Translations under genes and position numbers: made by a program | Notes under the pieces: generated by a model | What the model was told of the DNA's origin: nothing | What the model saw: only the letters and a program-made list of their open reading frames with translations | The model's database searches: none | NCBI GenBank assembly: GCA_010015805.1 | Contig: ML978137.1 | Coordinates: forward strand, 558,001 to 581,224 | DNA: 23,224 nucleotides | Source: Rhizodiscina lignyota | Taxonomy: Eukaryota | Direction: 5' to 3' | Shown: positions 19,140 through 23,224 of the stretch, in pieces | Layout: every line of letters begins with the position of its first letter | Numbering within the stretch: position 1 is the first letter of the stretch

Positions 19140-21012
19140 TTGAAAAATGAGTCTGAGGGAATCGACTTAATTCGCGAAGCGGGAGATTTGGTCACTATGA
19201 GACCTGATATAGTGGTAAGAGATCTGGGTCACAGTATACTGTTATGGAAGCTCTATTGGAATTCTGATAAAGATGCAGTCAAAATAGTTGAAGCTCTTGA
19301 CAGAGGGGATGCGGTCCTCTTTTGATGCCCAATTCTTTTGCTTTTGCCGGGAAAAATTTCCTCGTTCTCGGCACGACGTGCCGAGTGTACCGTCTTAGCC
19401 TTTCCTTCATTTGGACCTCACCAGCCGCTCCACACTTTTTCAATGGGCTCCAGATCAAGTGGACTTTTCTTCCTTAATCTCAAAAATAAATTGCTGTATA
19501 TAGCAGCTGGACTGAAGATGGTACCTTGCGAAGCTCGAAACACGGCCGCACGTGGCTCACGTAATACGTCATAGCTGCAAACCTTCCGACAGCTCCAACC
19601 TGGCTCCAACCATGGAACAGCTTGAGCACGGCTTCACCTGGCGGTTACCTAAACGTGACCTCGAAAGCGGCGAAAAGTTGCTCGAAATTTTCCATTGTGG
19701 TCAAATGACGCTTCCATTCCAATTCAGTTGCGCTTTACATCGGTGAGATTCACAGAGGCAGCGCTTATTCCCGACTTCAGCTCGTGTACGGATTTTCCGA
19801 GGTTCAACCAGAGGGGAGAAGCAGATCTTTTGTACTGCGTGTGACCTTGGATTTGCCTTGCCCGAGTGTGATGCCCGCCAATAACGGCCTTTGTATCACG
19901 ATGAAGAGGAAAGCGGTAAGGCGATCTTCTAGAAGGCCGAGTGGAAGCATGGGCAAAGGCTTAGCTGATCAACGCAAACATCGTCCGTTTCGTTAGGTAC
20001 TTTTCATGTCAGGCGCCGCTCTAGGGTTAAAGTAAAACTGGTGCAATGAGATGGCTCGGCCTTGGGTCCGGCAACGGATGGGTGCGTTGGAAATTCCAGA
20101 ACATACACAATTTACCAAGTCGGGAATTCATGAGCTTCTTCCTCCGCCTCTTGCGCCGTCAGCGTGGGCCTGCGGCTCGCGAAGAAGTTCAATGACATTG
20201 TTGGTACGCGCTATGAATACACACAACTTGCATGTCAGCACAGCTCGGTTGGACGCCTGCAGCGCAACAGCTTCAAATGGCACGCACAAACAACGGGAGG
20301 CCACGAGACAGTTGTTTTCCCCGCAAACTTGACGGCACACCAAGTCTCCAGATTCAAGTCACATTTCGCTTGATTCTGCGAAGATCGCAAAACTTGATGA
20401 TCCACGGGCCCAAAGAGGGAGCTTGCCCGTTATCCCCACACGCGGCGTCCACTCGCCTTACAGCCCGTGGCTGGCGCCCCTGTTCAGCCTTCCGTGAGCA
20501 GCATCATCGCTGTCTCGACGCAGCCAATTGTAAGCTCGTACCTGAGTGGGCCCTGCATTTGAAACATCGTCGGTGCGATGCGGCCGAGGACGAGAGCTCC
20601 CCCAAACAGAAGGGAGTGGCGCGCATCGTGAGCACATCCGTCACTGCGCTGGCGTGCAACCGGGGCCACCCGCCAGCCACCACCACCACCGCACCACCCA
20701 CCGCGCTCTGCGTGACTCAAGTCATGCTGTTGTTGTGCGCGGGGTTAGGCAGAATGAGGGAAAAGTCAGATCTTCGGCAGATCAGTGACGATGCCACCTG
20801 CTCGTCACTTTTCTAGCTCCGCTCCTTGGGCTGGACCTTATAACGCGCTCGAGTCCCACTTTTAGAGTATTTACTGTCTATCATTCCGCTCTATTTCAGC
20901 TGCTCATCCTCACCCAATTCTTCCTCCCGACTTGAATGGCCCTTCGCTTCTGCGTCGACGTAGCATTGGCACATTCGAAGTCCAAACACTTACACCGCTA
21001 GCTCCACCCACC

Positions 21013-22387
21013 ATGTTCTCACGCATCACTTCAATTGCTATCTCCACGCTTGCGCTGCTTGCTACAGTGGGCAATGCAGCTCCTGCAACAATGTGCGACC
21101 CTCCCAGTGACCTTTTGAAGCTGTTCGAAGCTCTTGCTGACCGTGCGCAGAACGCAGTACAAGCGTGACGACACTCTCAAGTTTGACTACAATAGCGACA
21201 AGGTTCGCGGCGTCAACTTGGGTGGCTGGTTCGTGCTGGAGCCGTGGATTACGCCATCCATTTTTGAAGAATGGGCAACGAGCCAGACAGTAAAGGACGA
21301 GTATACGTTCTGCCAGACCCTCGGCAAGACCGAGGCCAAGAAGCGCCTGGAAGCGCATTGGGACAGCTGGATCACAGAAGCCGACTTCGCTGCTATCAAA
21401 GGCGCCGGTCTTAACCACGTTCGAATTCCAATTGGCTACTGGAGTATTTATCCCAGATCCGGAGACCCATATGTTCAGGGCGCATATAATTACCTAGCCA
21501 AGGCGCTCGACTGGGCGCAAAGCAATGGGTTGAAGGTGATGATCGATCTTCATGGAGCGGCAGGATCTCAAAACGGATTCGATAACAGTGGTCGGTACGG
21601 TCCAATCGACTGGACGCAAGGTGACACAGTCGACCAGACCAAGGATGCGCTCAACAGGATCCGCGATGACCACGCCTCTCATCCTGCTGTGGCTGCGATT
21701 GAGCTGCTGAATGAGCCGATGGGCTCTGCGCTTAATATGGACACCGTTAAGCAGTTCTACATGGACGGTTGGGGCAACCTGAAGGTCTCGCACGTCGCCA
21801 TTACCATTCATGACGCATTCCAGGGCGTCACAAACTGGAACGATTTCGGCAGCGGCATGTGGAATCTTATTATCGATACCCATCATTACGAAATCTTTGA
21901 TGACGGCTCAGTCGCAATGGGTATCGACGACCACATCAGCACCGCTTGCGACTTTGGCAACCAGATGGCCAGCAATAACAAGTGGACCATCAGCGGTGAA
22001 TGGACCGGTGCCATGACCGACTGTGCGAAGTGGCTTAACGGCCTTGGAAAGGGTGCTCGCTATGATGGTACCCTGAATGGCGAAACGCCCTCTGGAAACT
22101 GCGACGGCAAATACACAGGTACCGTCTCTGGACTCGGTGCCGCAGACAAGGCCAACATCCGCAAGTTCATTGAAGCGCAGCTCGATGCGTTCGAGAAGGC
22201 CGAGGGCTGGATCTTCTGGTGCTGGAAGACGGAATCGGCGCCCGAGTGGCACATGAAGGACCTTCTCGCAGGTGGTCTCTTCCCTCAGCCAATTACTGAC
22301 AGGAAATGTAAGTGTCACATACCAACTCGAACCTCTTGTCGCAGTCATGCTAACAACTCAATTTTAGATCCCGGCCAATGCGGCTGA
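21013..22387 (+). CDS. EXG1: Secreted GH5 exo-1,3-beta-glucanase (glucan 1,3-beta-glucosidase), ~418 aa; exons 21013-21092, 21151-22307, 22368-22387
   Basis: ACC-ATG, signal peptide and KR (Kex2-like) site. KVRGVNLGGWFVLEPWITPSIF, NHVRIPIGYW, IDLHGAAGSQNGFDNSG, acid/base NEP, nucleophile GEW, GWIFWCWKTE, C-terminal YPGQCG after splicing. TATAA at ~20839. Confidence 0.95.
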
Positions 22388-23120
22388 AGAGGGTTCGCGG
22401 CGTCCATTGCGGCCTGAATCTCCTTTCATCACTACTTACGAAGTTACGAAGCTCATTTGAAACGTTTTCGATACCCATTCGCTAGTCTTTCTCGCCATCG
22501 CTCATCGCTCGCCGACGTCCTGAAACGGTCGCGAGGCAGATACTGTAAATTTATTAGAAGGTATACTGAATTGCTCGCGCTTGCACGCCACAGGGTTTGT
22601 TGCATATTTGGGGGTATCGGATCGCATGGAAACGGGCAATATGAAGCATTTGACAAGCGCGGCACATACGGTCATTGCATGAAGGATAAGAAGACAACAA
22701 GGGCATGTGTTATCATAGCCACTCATTGTAAATAGGGTCAAATACTTCGATCTGAAGCAAAACGGTCGAGAATGACAGCTTGTGGTATTGTCTCGGGTGG
22801 CGAATTTCTCTCCGCATCAATCTACCGAAATTTCCCCGCCCCAGCCCCCCTTCTTTGCGCCATCGTCAATTCTCGACCCACCCCCTTGAGCAAACGTACC
22901 GACGCTTCAGATGAGAGCCACCCTCCAGGCGAGCAAAGCCTACGTTACTAGTTACTATTTCCTGTAGTAGCAAGCACTGGATTCTGCATTTGTATCGCGT
23001 AGGTTTTTCCCTCATCGCCGCCGCCACAGGGCGAGGCGCGAACCTCCGAAAATAGCGCTCCGAAAAAACTCAACCTCTACCACCTCCACCACCTTCACCA
23101 CCTCTATTCAACCTCAACGC

Positions 23121-23224
23121 ATGCTATTAGGCAAACGACAACGCTCCCGAAGCCTATCAGCCGATAACCAAACAGAACGACGTATCCCGATGCCCCCAGA
23201 ACCTTCCTCCGCTACAGGACGCAC
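23121..23224 (+). CDS. Possible 5' end of a gene truncated by the window edge (MLLGKRQRSRSLSADNQTERRIPMPPEPSSATGR...)
   Basis: ATG after a C/A-rich leader resembling a fungal 5' UTR; the frame is open to the window end. No recognisable domain. Confidence 0.3.
   Translation, partial: MLLGKRQRSRSLSADNQTERRIPMPPEPSSATGR

Noticed and set aside
19620..20930. ORFs and a short (CCA)n run between the permease and EXG1
   Set aside because: No coherent gene model; consistent with a divergent promoter region containing a trivial microsatellite.
1..23224. CRISPR arrays, tRNA/rRNA genes, intact transposons, RIP-degraded AT-rich blocks
   Set aside because: None seen. The window is eukaryotic, gene-dense and of fairly even base composition.

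Overview
Gene-dense, intron-rich DNA from a filamentous ascomycete (Pezizomycotina; Dothideomycete-like is my inference). Introns are mostly 48-62 nt with GT..AG ends and CTRAY branch sites. I built 11 complete gene models by hand: a GPI-anchored Cys-rich/Ser-Thr surface protein (-), MAD2 (-), cnxG/MOCS2A (+), a Zn2Cys6 transcription factor (+), an MFS transporter (+), an 87-aa hydrophilin-like gene missing from the ORF track (-), an intronless stand-alone GAF protein (-), an SDR (+), a butanediol-dehydrogenase-like Zn-MDR (-), an NCS1 purine-cytosine permease family transporter (-) and a GH5 exo-1,3-beta-glucanase (+). A possible partial gene lies at the right edge. The strongest signals are non-coding. 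(1) A complete TPP riboswitch (18896-19065, -) sits in the 5'-UTR intron of the NCS1 permease, with two alternative 5' splice sites, an anti-aptamer pairing at the proximal site and a switchable overlapping uORF, i.e. an NMT1-type splicing switch. (2) A box C/D snoRNA with a U45-like 18S guide and an apparently orphan second guide lies in a 5'-UTR intron of cnxG. (3) A ~190-nt fold-back hairpin fills the unusually long first intron of the transcription factor gene. No database searches or folding programs were run; family assignments rest on recognised motifs and recalled sequences.
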